The notes: generated by a model not told the origin, from the sequence alone. Positions 18,257-27,519 are shown, numbered from the stretch's first letter. The stretch is 60,791 bases of DNA from an uncultured Gammaproteobacteria bacterium (GCA_964540995.1 CAZIOU010000005.1:1-60791), one strand, 5' to 3'. Translations and numbers: made by a program.

Positions 18257-19264
18257 TTAGAATTGTTTTAGAAAACGAATATCAGAAGCGGCCAAGTGGC
18301 GAACGTCATCAATACCGTACTTCATCATGACTAGACGACTAAGCCCAAGGCCAAAAGCAAACCCCGTAAACTGCTGCGGATCAATGCCACCTTCTCGTAA
18401 TACTGTCGGGTGTACCATGCCGCAAGGAATTAGCTCGACCCAACCAGACTGTTTGCAGACGCTACAGCCTTTACCTTCGCAGATCAGACAGCGCAGATCC
18501 AGCTCAAATCCAGGTTCAACGAAAGGGAAATAACCCGGTCGCAAACGTACCTGGACATCACGTTGGAAGATAGATTGCAACAAGGTCCGCATGGTAGCGA
18601 TCAGATTGGCGATAGTAATATTCTTATCCACCATCAAGCCTTCCATTTGATAAAAAGTATGTTCGTGCGAAGCGTCAGTTGATTCATAACGAAATACTCG
18701 TCCTGGGACGACACCACGAAATGGCGCACCATATTTCTGTAAAGCTCGGACCTGGACCGGTGAGGTGTGGGTACGTAATAAATTGCCGTCCGTCAGCCAA
18801 AAGGTATCTTGAGTATCGCGAGCAGGATGATCATCAGGAATATTGAGCGCGGTAAAATTGTAATATTCGGATTCAATCTCTGGACCGTCAAGCACACGGA
18901 AACCCATCTGACGGAAGACGTCTTCTAGTTGGCGTTGGATAGTCGTCAAAGGGTGCAGATGACCGAGCGGCAGCGGTTTACCCGGCAAGGTAGCGTCGAA
19001 ATCATTTAAGCGCTGTGACACTTTCTTTAGCGAACGCTCTGCTTGGTCCAAGGCAGTCTGCAAATCACGCTTAATCTTATTGGCTAGCTGACCAATCTTA
19101 GGACGTTCTTCCTTAGACAATTCCGTTAAGCCTGACAAGACATCATTGAGGATACCTTTGCGGCCCAAGAAAGCATTGCGGACATCCTCCAAACCTTTGG
19201 CGTCAGTAGCAGCTTCTAAAGCTGATAAAAAATCTGCCTGAATTTTTTGTAATCGTTTTTGCAT
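18257..19264 (-). CDS. pheS: Phenylalanine--tRNA ligase alpha subunit
   Basis: HPLT.., LLRTHTSPVQVR, FRYE..DASHEHTFYQMEG and GFAFGLGLSRL are class II motifs. The track start at 19279 is TTG; the first ATG is at 19264. Confidence 0.9.
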   Translation of the reverse strand: MQKRLQKIQADFLSALEAATDAKGLEDVRNAFLGRKGILNDVLSGLTELSKEERPKIGQLANKIKRDLQTALDQAERSLKKVSQRLNDFDATLPGKPLPLGHLHPLTTIQRQLEDVFRQMGFRVLDGPEIESEYYNFTALNIPDDHPARDTQDTFWLTDGNLLRTHTSPVQVRALQKYGAPFRGVVPGRVFRYESTDASHEHTFYQMEGLMVDKNITIANLIATMRTLLQSIFQRDVQVRLRPGYFPFVEPGFELDLRCLICEGKGCSVCKQSGWVELIPCGMVHPTVLREGGIDPQQFTGFAFGLGLSRLVMMKYGIDDVRHLAASDIRFLKQF

Positions 19265-19266
19265 AA

Positions 19267-19659
19267 TTATTCTTCCCAACGAGGTTTACTAAGTATCAAT
19301 AAGGTAAACTCCATAGTAGCGAAAGCAATCACCAAGAGCATGATCAGCCACCAGCTCAATAACCGTTGTGACTGTAGGGCTAAAGCGGTAACGAGAGCCA
19401 AAGCCCAGAGACAAGCTTGTCGGAAGGCCATCGAGACGCGGTAAATCTGTCCCCGCTTACGGCCTTGGAAGAGCCAACGGATACCGATCCCGACCAGTGA
19501 TAACGTACCAATCAAAGATAACAATAAGCTGACGTAGAAAAACATAAATTCAAAAGCGCTAGCAGAAGTCGGATTTACCATAAATACAATAACCGCCCAG
19601 CCAGACCACGCCAGGACGGTCGTTAACAGCATCAAAACTATAAAGGTTTTAAGTCCCAT
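19267..19659 (-). CDS. Hypothetical integral membrane protein (about 4 TM helices)
   Basis: Hydrophobic segments throughout. Its stop lies 2 nt before the pheS ATG. Confidence 0.5.
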   Translation of the reverse strand: MGLKTFIVLMLLTTVLAWSGWAVIVFMVNPTSASAFEFMFFYVSLLLSLIGTLSLVGIGIRWLFQGRKRGQIYRVSMAFRQACLWALALVTALALQSQRLLSWWLIMLLVIAFATMEFTLLILSKPRWEE

Positions 19660-19690
19660 AGAACTACTATCAGTCTACTGATTTTCAGCG

Positions 19691-19735
19691 AAAAAATCAA
19701 GAAAAACCCCTCACCACAACGAATGTGATGAGGGG
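19691..19735 (-). terminator. Intrinsic terminator after the nuclease gene
   Basis: On the minus strand: cccctcatcaca-ttcgt-tgtggtgagggg, followed by tttttcttgatttttt. Confidence 0.75.
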
Positions 19736-19740
19736 CGTAA

Positions 19741-20862
19741 TTAATCGACTTTGAGAGTCAGTTGTGCCACATCGGCTCGGCGACGGAGCTGCTGATAGGT
19801 CCGTGCCGACGTACCAGACGATGCAGTCGGCTCGATCATGACACCTAATTCTAGCTGTGCCAGGTTGGTCGATCGACCATAACGCTCGACGATCTGCTGT
19901 GCCAGCAGAGCACGTCGTTCAGACAAACTCAACTGGGCATAACGCTGACAATCTACCACATGACCGCAGTAGCCACAGTGCTGCCCGCGGGGTAACTTGG
20001 GACTGATAGTACCTGTCTCCAGATCAGTCAGGTCAAAGAAAGGATAGACGTCAGTTACGGAAGCACCCTTAAGGATGGCCAAATAATAATTGGCCACCCG
20101 ACGCATTAGTCGTTGCACTTCATCGAAAGCTCCAGCCTCTCGCAAGGGCACATCGACGATAACATCGCGTCCATAATTATGAACTTGCATCTGTACCAGA
20201 GGCGGACTACCAGGTAAACGGGTACGGATAGCTGTCTCGTATAACCATTGGTAGATGGTGAACTGCGTGCCTCCGAGAACCTGATGCAAGGCGTATTCAC
20301 TGGGTTTGTAATCGACGATACGCGCACCCCAGACCTGACTGCCGTCAGCTAACGCGAACGTACCAACCTCAATCCGGTCAAAGATACCAGTGACTGTCAA
20401 TCCGCTCCAATCTATGGTCGCTCGCCGCTCCACCAACCGCTGTTCGATCTTCTCATCGAGACGCATCGGATGTGCCCGAGCGAAGAACAGCTTGAGCAGA
20501 TTGACACCACGGCCAAAGAATTGACCAGGTTGGTCACTATCCTTCCAAGCAACAGTCGTAGGAGCAGCGCGGCGACTATGAAATCCATGATCGCCTTTGA
20601 CCGCTCCCCACCACAGATTGCCGAAAGCTCCGATCAACTTGGATTCTTCTTGATAGGGGTAACGTTTGGTACTACGGTGTGGTGTGAAAAATTGAGCAAA
20701 CAAATAGTGCATCATCTGCCCATGTACCGCCGCTGGATTCTCTGGCACCGGAATCTCCACGATACCATCCCAGAATCCTTGCAACGGACAAGCGGTCGCT
20801 GTCGACAGGAACGAATGACTCATGCGATGCAACTTGGATTTCAGACTCCGTCGCTTACTCAT
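19741..20862 (-). CDS. PD-(D/E)XK nuclease with Cas4/AddB-type Fe-S cysteine pattern
   Basis: N-terminal Cys (TATACPLQ), GIFDRIE, IVDYKPS, QFTIYQWLY (QxxxY) and a C-terminal CGYCGHVVDC (C-x2-C-x5-C). ATG at 20862 follows GGAGGGAG and overlaps the M16 stop as ATGA. The track start at 20883 is GTG. Confidence 0.7.
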   Translation of the reverse strand: MSKRRSLKSKLHRMSHSFLSTATACPLQGFWDGIVEIPVPENPAAVHGQMMHYLFAQFFTPHRSTKRYPYQEESKLIGAFGNLWWGAVKGDHGFHSRRAAPTTVAWKDSDQPGQFFGRGVNLLKLFFARAHPMRLDEKIEQRLVERRATIDWSGLTVTGIFDRIEVGTFALADGSQVWGARIVDYKPSEYALHQVLGGTQFTIYQWLYETAIRTRLPGSPPLVQMQVHNYGRDVIVDVPLREAGAFDEVQRLMRRVANYYLAILKGASVTDVYPFFDLTDLETGTISPKLPRGQHCGYCGHVVDCQRYAQLSLSERRALLAQQIVERYGRSTNLAQLELGVMIEPTASSGTSARTYQQLRRRADVAQLTLKVD

Positions 20863-22130
20863 GTACTTCTCCCTCCACGCCACAGGCGCTTGATCTTGTA
20901 ACGATCAGCCCGTGTGACTGGACCGATGACCGTCAGGTAACGATTAGCTGGCGCCAGATAGCGCTTAGCTGCAGCATTGACGTCTTGCAGACGGACTCGA
21001 GCGATACGACGTCGCAACGCAGGATAGAGTTCCAGATTACTGTGTACGAGCAGTTGAGCCAAGAGCAACCGACCGATGTATTCTGACTCTCTCCAGCGCC
21101 GTTGATGGTAACTCAAGGCTGCATGCTTGGCAGCATCGAATAGATCCGTAGTGATACCACCAAGATAATACCGGTCCAATGTTCGACGTATCAAAGTCAA
21201 CAGCGGTAGGACTTTGGGCCGACCGCAAGAAGTAGCGATCGTCAGCAACCCGACTTCCGGATAGTGCCAGATGTCGGAATGTAGCGAATAAACCAGACCT
21301 CGCTGTCGTGCTTGTAACCATAGCGGCGAAGAATTCATATCACCGATACAGTTATTGAGTAACTGTAGAGCCGCTCGCTGACGATGACCGAACCCTGGTA
21401 CCGGTATAGTTGCTACCAACGATACTTGCTGTCGTTCTGCCCGCATGATGCTAATGCGACTGGTCGGTTGCGGTATATCAAATGAGCGTAAGGCAATCGG
21501 CTGCTGTTGCGGACTCAAAGAACCGAAAAGTTGGTTGATAGTCGTGATAACCGGCGTAGCCTCAAATCGCCCTACGACCGTGATGGCCATGATCCGGGGA
21601 TCAAGCAATCGCTCCCAGTAACGCAAAACTCGCTCTAAAGTCAGTCGCTGCAGACTAGACGGCGTGCCGACCACATGTCGACTCAATCCGTGACGGGGAA
21701 ATAATTGACGATCGCGCAACAAGGCGACTTGATTCTCAGGATCGTCTGCAATGTCGGCCAATTCTTCACGGATGCAATGGCCTTCGAATTCGAAATCAGC
21801 TTGGGTAAAGTCTGGGTTGAGCAATAGCTCTGCCATCAACTCCAGACCCCAACGCCAATGTCGTGCCGGAATCCTGATCCACCACTTGGTCATGTCCTCG
21901 CTGGTTTCAGCATTGAAATCAGCTCCCAAAAGATCCAGCTGACAAGCGATCTGCTTGCGAGCGCGGAAACATTCACCAGCCAAATGCTCAATATAGTGCG
22001 TCACGCCGCGCCAACTGCGAGATTCGTCAGCCGACCCTCGGCCAACTCCGATGGTAATAACAACGTCGGTATCAGATTTAGGCACGAACACATAAGCCAT
22101 CCCGTTCTTCAAATGCCCTCGACGATACAT
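20859..22130 (-). CDS. M16-family (pitrilysin/insulinase-like) zinc peptidase
   Basis: Inverted zinc motif HYIEH with downstream FNAETSEDMTKWW. GAGGAGGA lies upstream of the ATG. Confidence 0.8.
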   Translation of the reverse strand: MYRRGHLKNGMAYVFVPKSDTDVVITIGVGRGSADESRSWRGVTHYIEHLAGECFRARKQIACQLDLLGADFNAETSEDMTKWWIRIPARHWRWGLELMAELLLNPDFTQADFEFEGHCIREELADIADDPENQVALLRDRQLFPRHGLSRHVVGTPSSLQRLTLERVLRYWERLLDPRIMAITVVGRFEATPVITTINQLFGSLSPQQQPIALRSFDIPQPTSRISIMRAERQQVSLVATIPVPGFGHRQRAALQLLNNCIGDMNSSPLWLQARQRGLVYSLHSDIWHYPEVGLLTIATSCGRPKVLPLLTLIRRTLDRYYLGGITTDLFDAAKHAALSYHQRRWRESEYIGRLLLAQLLVHSNLELYPALRRRIARVRLQDVNAAAKRYLAPANRYLTVIGPVTRADRYKIKRLWRGGRST

Positions 22131-22178
22131 CTATTCCTCCTCAAAGGGAAGGTATGACAAAGAACCTTAGACTGTTGT

Positions 22179-22207
22179 ATCTAAAGCTAAAATGTCACAA
22201 GTGTCAA
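22179..22207 (-). promoter_or_regulatory. Candidate promoter TTGACA-17-TTAGAT (or 18-TAGATA)
   Basis: -35 at 22207-22202, about 45 nt upstream of the M16 start. Confidence 0.45.
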
Positions 22208-22216
22208 CTAGCCAAA

Positions 22217-22513
22217 TTAATTGATATAGCGTATTCGATCGACTACTTCGGCGGCGGCTTTCTGATTGATATAGTCGATAATCTCACCTTCACGATTACG
22301 CAATTCCTGTCCCAGCACAGGAGAAATCACCGCTACCGTCAAAACATGGTCACGTAAATACAAAGGGCGCGCACGATCTTTCATTCGTCCTGACCACAAT
22401 TGATCAACAATCGCATTAAAATATTCCAAAGCCATAGCTGCCTCCACTTGATAGCGAAGGCCTTTACGTTGGATATTGCGATTGAGTAATGAAGAGAGTT
22501 CTTGGAAAGGCAT
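22217..22513 (-). CDS. DUF721/DciA-like small protein
   Basis: 98 aa with the pattern ..W..ivg...a....p..lrd..LtVaV.sp.l.qEL......i...iN. as remembered for DUF721. It lies next to the helicase. Confidence 0.55.
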   Translation of the reverse strand: MPFQELSSLLNRNIQRKGLRYQVEAAMALEYFNAIVDQLWSGRMKDRARPLYLRDHVLTVAVISPVLGQELRNREGEIIDYINQKAAAEVVDRIRYIN

Positions 22514-22587
22514 AGTAGGTTGGTAGATTGGTAGGATAGTAGGTGAAGATAGACAATAGCTACTGCCTACACACCTACGTGCCTACT
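22514..22587. repeat. GTAGG/CCTAC-word hairpin region
   Basis: gtaggttggtagattggtaggatagtaggtg ... ctactgcctacacacctacgtgcctac. There are five GTAG on the left and their complements on the right; taggtg pairs with caccta. Confidence 0.6.
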
Positions 22588-25567
22588 TCATGGCAACCGG
22601 ACAAATCTGATTAAAATCACAATACTTACACTGATTACCAGGAGTAGCCACAAAGTTGGACTGCTTGATACCATCGGCCGTGGTCGTAATCCACTCTTTG
22701 ACTTGAGCTAGATCTTTCTGACTCGCTTGGAATTCGATCGGCTTATTCTGATCCAGATAATAGAACATCAAGGATTCCGTCTCGGCTTTGAATATATCCT
22801 GGGCCGCTAACTGATAAATCAGCAACTGCTTCTTATCATCAAAGGTCAGCTTCTCCTTCACTTTACCAGTTTTATAATCCATGATACGCCACTTGCCATT
22901 GGTGGTTGGATCAATTCGATCAATCACGCCACGGATGGTGTATTCACCGACTTTAACATTAAAGCCTTTTTCTAGATAGAGTGGTATAGGAACGTTGGCA
23001 GAAATCTGCTGGTAAAACTCTTTAAGGATGCGCTTACCATTGTCATGATATTGAGCTTTATTCTTCTCGTCAAAAAACCAATCATCCTGCCACGCCGCTT
23101 CATACATTTCCATTAACTCTTTATAAGACACCAGAGTCCCGTCTTCTCGAGTACCAAGTACCGAGTCGCCAGCACCAGCACCAAACAAATCCGCCTGCTT
23201 CCCGACAGTACTCCGCTCCATTACGGCTGCAAAGAAACTTTGCAGCGTCTTGTGCATCGTCTGACCAAAAGAGAATACCGCCGCGCCCTTGGCTGGTATC
23301 TTGATCACATGAGCGTAATAATATTGTAGCGGACAATTCTCGAAAGCTTTCAACTGGGTGAATGACAATTTGGTAGGTAACTTGTAGTTGGTTTGACGAC
23401 GTGCTTTCTTAGTTCGCTCGGCAGCGAGTTCATCATTTTTCACCACCAGATCTTGATTGATCTCTTGTACCGGAAAATTCTCTAACTTCATCTCTGTGAG
23501 GAATCGCGAAGGTTTACGCTTCTTGGCGCCACCATAATCCTCGGCCAAGGTCAGGAATACCTCTTTACGAGCACGCGTCAACGCCACATACATCAGGCGA
23601 CGTTCTTCTTGTAAGTGCGCTTCGCCTTCGGGCAAAGTGTCTTTGATTAGTGCATCAGGCAATTCGATAGCGTCTGCTCGTTCAATCGATGGGAAACGCA
23701 GGTGCACCAAACCGACAATGAAGACATAATCAAATTCTAAACCTTTGGAGCCGTGAATAGTCATGATCTTGATGGTCTCCGGCCCTTCTTCGATATCTTG
23801 AACCATCTTGCCAGCTTCACCCGACTCTAGCTCCAGACTGATGTACTCGACGAAATTATGAATCGTCGATCCTAGATTCTCATCTTCCCAAGTACGTACT
23901 TTCTTATAGAATTGATTCAGCAAAAGTAATTGTTCTTTACTCTCGGCTGTTTCTTCCAGTGTTAGCCATGACAAATAACCAGAGTCTTCCAAGAAATGAT
24001 AGACAATAGCTGACACCGGCTGGGTCAGAGCTTGCTGCTTATGATTATCTAAATCAGTGATCAACTTGGCCAGACCACGCGCTCCGGCCAATGATAATGT
24101 CACTTGGCCGTGATAATTCTTGGCGGCATGATAGAGACTCCAGCTCTTGCGTCTGGCTAGATGGGCCACATTAACAATATCTTCGTGAGTCAATCCTATA
24201 AACGGTAAAGTGATTATTTTATACAAGCTGGGCGACTCATGATAATTATCCAGCAACTTGAGATAGTTCAAGATGTTGAGAATAATCTCCTGCGTATATA
24301 AGCCTTTGGCAGCCACGAACTGATGCGGTACTCCGACCTGACGGAAGAAGCGAACAAACTTCTGCGCCTGCTCATTGTTACGAGATAGTATGGCGACCTG
24401 TCCCCAATTAAAATCTTCTTCCGTATTTTTGACTTTCAATATTTCTTCCAAAACGCCCCTCACTTCATCCTCACCCGAAGCGTAACATTTAACTGCTACC
24501 TCTCCCGGAGCATCAGAATGCGATATCAATTGCTTACTCAATTTCTGCTCGGCCTTCTTACCCTTGCGTCCTTGCGCCAACTTAACTTCCAGTCGATCGG
24601 GATTATTGAGTTGGATAAAATTGTAAGCACTATCTAAGATAGCCTGACCACTGCGGTAGTTATCAGTCAGGTAGATCTCTCCCGCTTGAGGGAAATCTTT
24701 CTTGAACGCTAGAATATTAGAAACAGAAGCCCCGCGAAATTTATAAATTGCTTGATCATCATCACCGACCACCATAATATTCTGATCAGCGCCGACCAAT
24801 AGTTTGACCAACTCATATTGCGCCCAGTTGGTATCTTGGAACTCATCGACCAAGACATATTTAAATTGCTGCTGATACCTTTGTCGCAAGTGAGACCGTT
24901 TCTGAAATAGCTGCAAACAATAATTAATCAGATCGCCGAAATCAAGAGCATTATTTTCTAACAAAACTTGTTGGTAGACGTGATAGGCATTGGCCACCTC
25001 AGTGAGCCGTGCAATCTCTTGTTGCTGCGCTTCCTTGTCACCGGTCGTATCACTGTCCAATTTCAGTCCTTGGGCGTATTGGAGATAGTCATCGGGATAG
25101 ACCGTTTCGTCTTTGCAACGTGAGAAATGATTGATCAGTGCGTGAATAAAGCTAGTAGGATTACCAAGAGGACGATAATAGTCCAGATCAAATCGATGTA
25201 GATTCTCTCGTACCAACATCCAAGCTGACGTCTGATCAAGGACTTTAAATTCTTTGGGTAGTCCAATCTCCAGCGCATGCTGTTTCAGGATCTTTTCAGC
25301 GAAAGCATGAAACGTCTGTATCCACAGATCGACATAGCCGAGCGGTAATAATTTATCGACACGCTCCTCCATCTCGGCAGCGGCCTTATCGGTAAAGGTC
25401 AAGGCTAATATTTCATCTGGTTTGGCCAGACCTTTCTCAATTAGCCAAGCAATCCTTTGGGTAATAACAGTCGTCTTACCAGTGCCAGCACCAGCGACGA
25501 GAATAACCGGCCCCGATGGGTGCTGGACAGCTAATTGCTGATTAATATTGAGCTTGGAGATATCCAT
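22583..25567 (-). CDS. UvrD/PcrA-type helicase fused to a C-terminal PD-(D/E)XK (AddA/RecB-like) nuclease
   Basis: AGAGTGKTT, VDEFQDTN, TIHGSKGLEF and YVALTRA. The C-terminus has IDRID..IMDYKTGK and CKYCDFNQICP. Confidence 0.85.
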   Translation of the reverse strand: MDISKLNINQQLAVQHPSGPVILVAGAGTGKTTVITQRIAWLIEKGLAKPDEILALTFTDKAAAEMEERVDKLLPLGYVDLWIQTFHAFAEKILKQHALEIGLPKEFKVLDQTSAWMLVRENLHRFDLDYYRPLGNPTSFIHALINHFSRCKDETVYPDDYLQYAQGLKLDSDTTGDKEAQQQEIARLTEVANAYHVYQQVLLENNALDFGDLINYCLQLFQKRSHLRQRYQQQFKYVLVDEFQDTNWAQYELVKLLVGADQNIMVVGDDDQAIYKFRGASVSNILAFKKDFPQAGEIYLTDNYRSGQAILDSAYNFIQLNNPDRLEVKLAQGRKGKKAEQKLSKQLISHSDAPGEVAVKCYASGEDEVRGVLEEILKVKNTEEDFNWGQVAILSRNNEQAQKFVRFFRQVGVPHQFVAAKGLYTQEIILNILNYLKLLDNYHESPSLYKIITLPFIGLTHEDIVNVAHLARRKSWSLYHAAKNYHGQVTLSLAGARGLAKLITDLDNHKQQALTQPVSAIVYHFLEDSGYLSWLTLEETAESKEQLLLLNQFYKKVRTWEDENLGSTIHNFVEYISLELESGEAGKMVQDIEEGPETIKIMTIHGSKGLEFDYVFIVGLVHLRFPSIERADAIELPDALIKDTLPEGEAHLQEERRLMYVALTRARKEVFLTLAEDYGGAKKRKPSRFLTEMKLENFPVQEINQDLVVKNDELAAERTKKARRQTNYKLPTKLSFTQLKAFENCPLQYYYAHVIKIPAKGAAVFSFGQTMHKTLQSFFAAVMERSTVGKQADLFGAGAGDSVLGTREDGTLVSYKELMEMYEAAWQDDWFFDEKNKAQYHDNGKRILKEFYQQISANVPIPLYLEKGFNVKVGEYTIRGVIDRIDPTTNGKWRIMDYKTGKVKEKLTFDDKKQLLIYQLAAQDIFKAETESLMFYYLDQNKPIEFQASQKDLAQVKEWITTTADGIKQSNFVATPGNQCKYCDFNQICPVAMK

Positions 25568-25625
25568 ATCTAGGGGCTATTGTAGCTAGCCAATAGCATA
25601 ATTGCAACCAACATCTATCATCCAC

Positions 25626-26288
25626 TTATTCAAGCTCCTGATGCAACTGTTTAAAGTTATCGACGATAAAATCTGCACCCGCCTGCTGTAGGACGGCAGC
25701 AGAAAATGAATTGGTGATACCGATTGCGAGACAGCCAGCGGCTTTGGCTGACAAGATACCATTATCAGAATCCTCTAGGACCATAGCTTCGACGGGAGTC
25801 ACACCTAACTTCTGCATCGTGACGATATAGGGCTCGGGATTGGGCTTACCTTGAGAAACTTGATCACCAGTCACAACAATATCAAAATAGGATTCAAGAT
25901 TATGAATAGAGAAAATTAATTCCTGAATACCCTTACTGCTAGATGTGGTGAGGGCAACCAGAGGGAACCGAGCTCGGATAAATTGCAGAAAATCTATCGC
26001 TCCAGCAAATAATGGAGTCTGCTGTAGAGAAGATTTAACCAATTGTCTTTTCTCCTCAATCAAATCATCAACATTGAGGGAACTAGTGGCGGCAAAATTA
26101 CTCAGAATGTAACTAAAAATGGCTTGGTTGGTTTTACCTTTGAAATGATCCCATTCTGAAGCTGGGATATCGATCCCATGATTACGACAAATATCCTGCT
26201 CTATCTTCACGTACAGTGCTTCCGAATCTACCAATACTCCATCCATATCAAAGATAAAGGCTTTCTTATTTACTAGTAGTTTATTCAT
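25626..26288 (-). CDS. HAD-superfamily hydrolase (beta-phosphoglucomutase-like subfamily)
   Basis: FIFDMDGVLVDSE, LTTSS, KPNPEPY and EDSDNG. The track start at 26327 is TTG; the ATG is at 26288. Confidence 0.8.
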   Translation of the reverse strand: MNKLLVNKKAFIFDMDGVLVDSEALYVKIEQDICRNHGIDIPASEWDHFKGKTNQAIFSYILSNFAATSSLNVDDLIEEKRQLVKSSLQQTPLFAGAIDFLQFIRARFPLVALTTSSSKGIQELIFSIHNLESYFDIVVTGDQVSQGKPNPEPYIVTMQKLGVTPVEAMVLEDSDNGILSAKAAGCLAIGITNSFSAAVLQQAGADFIVDNFKQLHQELE

Positions 26289-26463
26289 TGGGCTATTGTA
26301 ACCACTGTTATCTATTATTGCAAACAAAAAAGCAGGCTCCGAATTATTAGAATAATAATTGGATAAACCTGCTTTACGCTATAGCCTATTGGCTATAGGT
26401 GAGCCTCTTCGACAATTAGTATACTATTGTCGAAATTACTGAGCATTCTGGAAAGTCTGATCT

Positions 26464-26913
26464 TTAGACGTAGTAAATCGGACTGCCGTCTTCCATACAC
26501 GCGACTAATGCGCGACGCTGTAGACGGAAATTGGTACAACCTTGGTACAAGGCCCATAGTACATCCCGCGCCCAACCGCCTGGAAAATATACACGATTTG
26601 ACGGTTGATTCAGAAAGATACGATGATCCCAGTTATGTTGGTACCTGCACCATGTCAGGAAACCAACTTCATCATGTCGCAGATAGGAAAGTGGAAACCT
26701 CCTATTCATTACCGGCACACCTTGGATAGCAAAGCGACGAATCAAATCTCTACGAGACCAATGCAATTTGAATGTAGCATTGATCAGCCGCAACAGATCA
26801 TCAGCATCACACCATGCCCACCGTCGCCAACTCTGATGCCTATCAAAACTCTTTTCGGACACCCTGATTTCGGGAAGTCTGCTGATTGGCGGTCTGACAT
26901 ATTGAAACGACAT
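26464..26913 (-). CDS. Hypothetical Trp/Arg-rich protein, 149 aa (orphan)
   Basis: GGAGGGG lies 3 nt upstream of the ATG, with its own TTGACA promoter. No motif recognised. Confidence 0.6.
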   Translation of the reverse strand: MSFQYVRPPISRLPEIRVSEKSFDRHQSWRRWAWCDADDLLRLINATFKLHWSRRDLIRRFAIQGVPVMNRRFPLSYLRHDEVGFLTWCRYQHNWDHRIFLNQPSNRVYFPGGWARDVLWALYQGCTNFRLQRRALVACMEDGSPIYYV

Positions 26914-26970
26914 AACCCCTCCACAAAATGCTATTTACAAAGAACCGGCCACCGCTTTGATGGTAATTAT

Positions 26971-26999
26971 TATATAACATATAATTAATATTGTGTCAA
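26971..26999 (-). promoter_or_regulatory. Sigma70-type promoter TTGACA-17-TATATA (TATAAT at 19)
   Basis: -35 at 26999-26994 and -10 at 26976-26971. It overlaps the T-tract of the preceding terminator. Confidence 0.6.
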
Positions 27000-27011
27000 T
27001 AGTAAAGCCCC

Positions 27012-27251
27012 TTAATGAAAAGGGGCTCGGCAGAAGTCATCCTCCTCCGGCGGTTCCGGTAAAGGCGGTTGGACAGAAGTAGAAACCTCACACTGAGGAG
27101 ACTCATCTTGGAAATAAACTCCGCAATGATGTCGTTCGGCATGTGGCTGACACAACGACAACTTACACTGCTCACAGGTCAGACAAGCCTTGGTGAGGCA
27201 CCCACAGGAAGCCTCACAGGTTTCGTTGGAAGCATAGGCCAAGAAACTCAT
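27012..27251 (-). CDS. Small Cys/His-rich protein, 79 aa
   Basis: CEASCGC..CLTCEQCKLSLCQPHAERHHCG, then a Pro/Glu-rich tail. GGGAGG lies upstream. The ATG overlaps the stop of the upstream paralog (ATGA). Confidence 0.6.
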   Translation of the reverse strand: MSFLAYASNETCEASCGCLTKACLTCEQCKLSLCQPHAERHHCGVYFQDESPQCEVSTSVQPPLPEPPEEDDFCRAPFH

Positions 27252-27433
27252 GGTACCTCCCTTATGGTAGGCTGAGAAATGACGCCGGGTCGTTTCTGGT
27301 GCAATTTGGCGACACAGCCGTGATTATCTTGATGATGACGGCAATGCCAGTCCTGACAATCCGGACATTTCTCAAACGGTCTATTCAAACAAGGTCCGAC
27401 TTCACATTTCTCTGGCTGATCAGCTGGAGGCAT
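27248..27433 (-). CDS. Small Cys/His-rich protein, 61 aa (paralog-like to 27012-27251)
   Basis: MPPADQPEKCEVGPC..CPDCQDWHCRHHQDNHGC. GAGGAG lies 6 nt upstream of the ATG at 27433. The track extension to 27508 has no SD. Confidence 0.55.
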   Translation of the reverse strand: MPPADQPEKCEVGPCLNRPFEKCPDCQDWHCRHHQDNHGCVAKLHQKRPGVISQPTIREVP

Positions 27434-27491
27434 CCGCGTCTCCTCGAGGAAGGGATAACATTTACGATATAGAAGGAGCAAAAACAATATC

Positions 27492-27519
27492 ACTCTACAC
27501 CTGTACAACTGATTGTCAA
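27492..27519 (-). promoter_or_regulatory. Candidate promoter TTGACA-16-TAGAGT
   Basis: -35 at 27519-27514 and -10 at 27497-27492, directly after two terminator hairpins. Confidence 0.45.

Noticed and set aside
19264-19279. N-terminal extensions given by the ORF track, for example at 4984, 6132, 9329, 13979, 19279, 20883, 26327, 27508, 30244, 53372 and 60548.
   Set aside because: Several of these starts are TTG/GTG codons translated as M, or they add non-conserved residues. In each case an internal ATG fits better, because it agrees with family N-termini, with paralog alignment (30178) or with an SD (14063, 15207, 20862, 27433). The true starts remain unverified.
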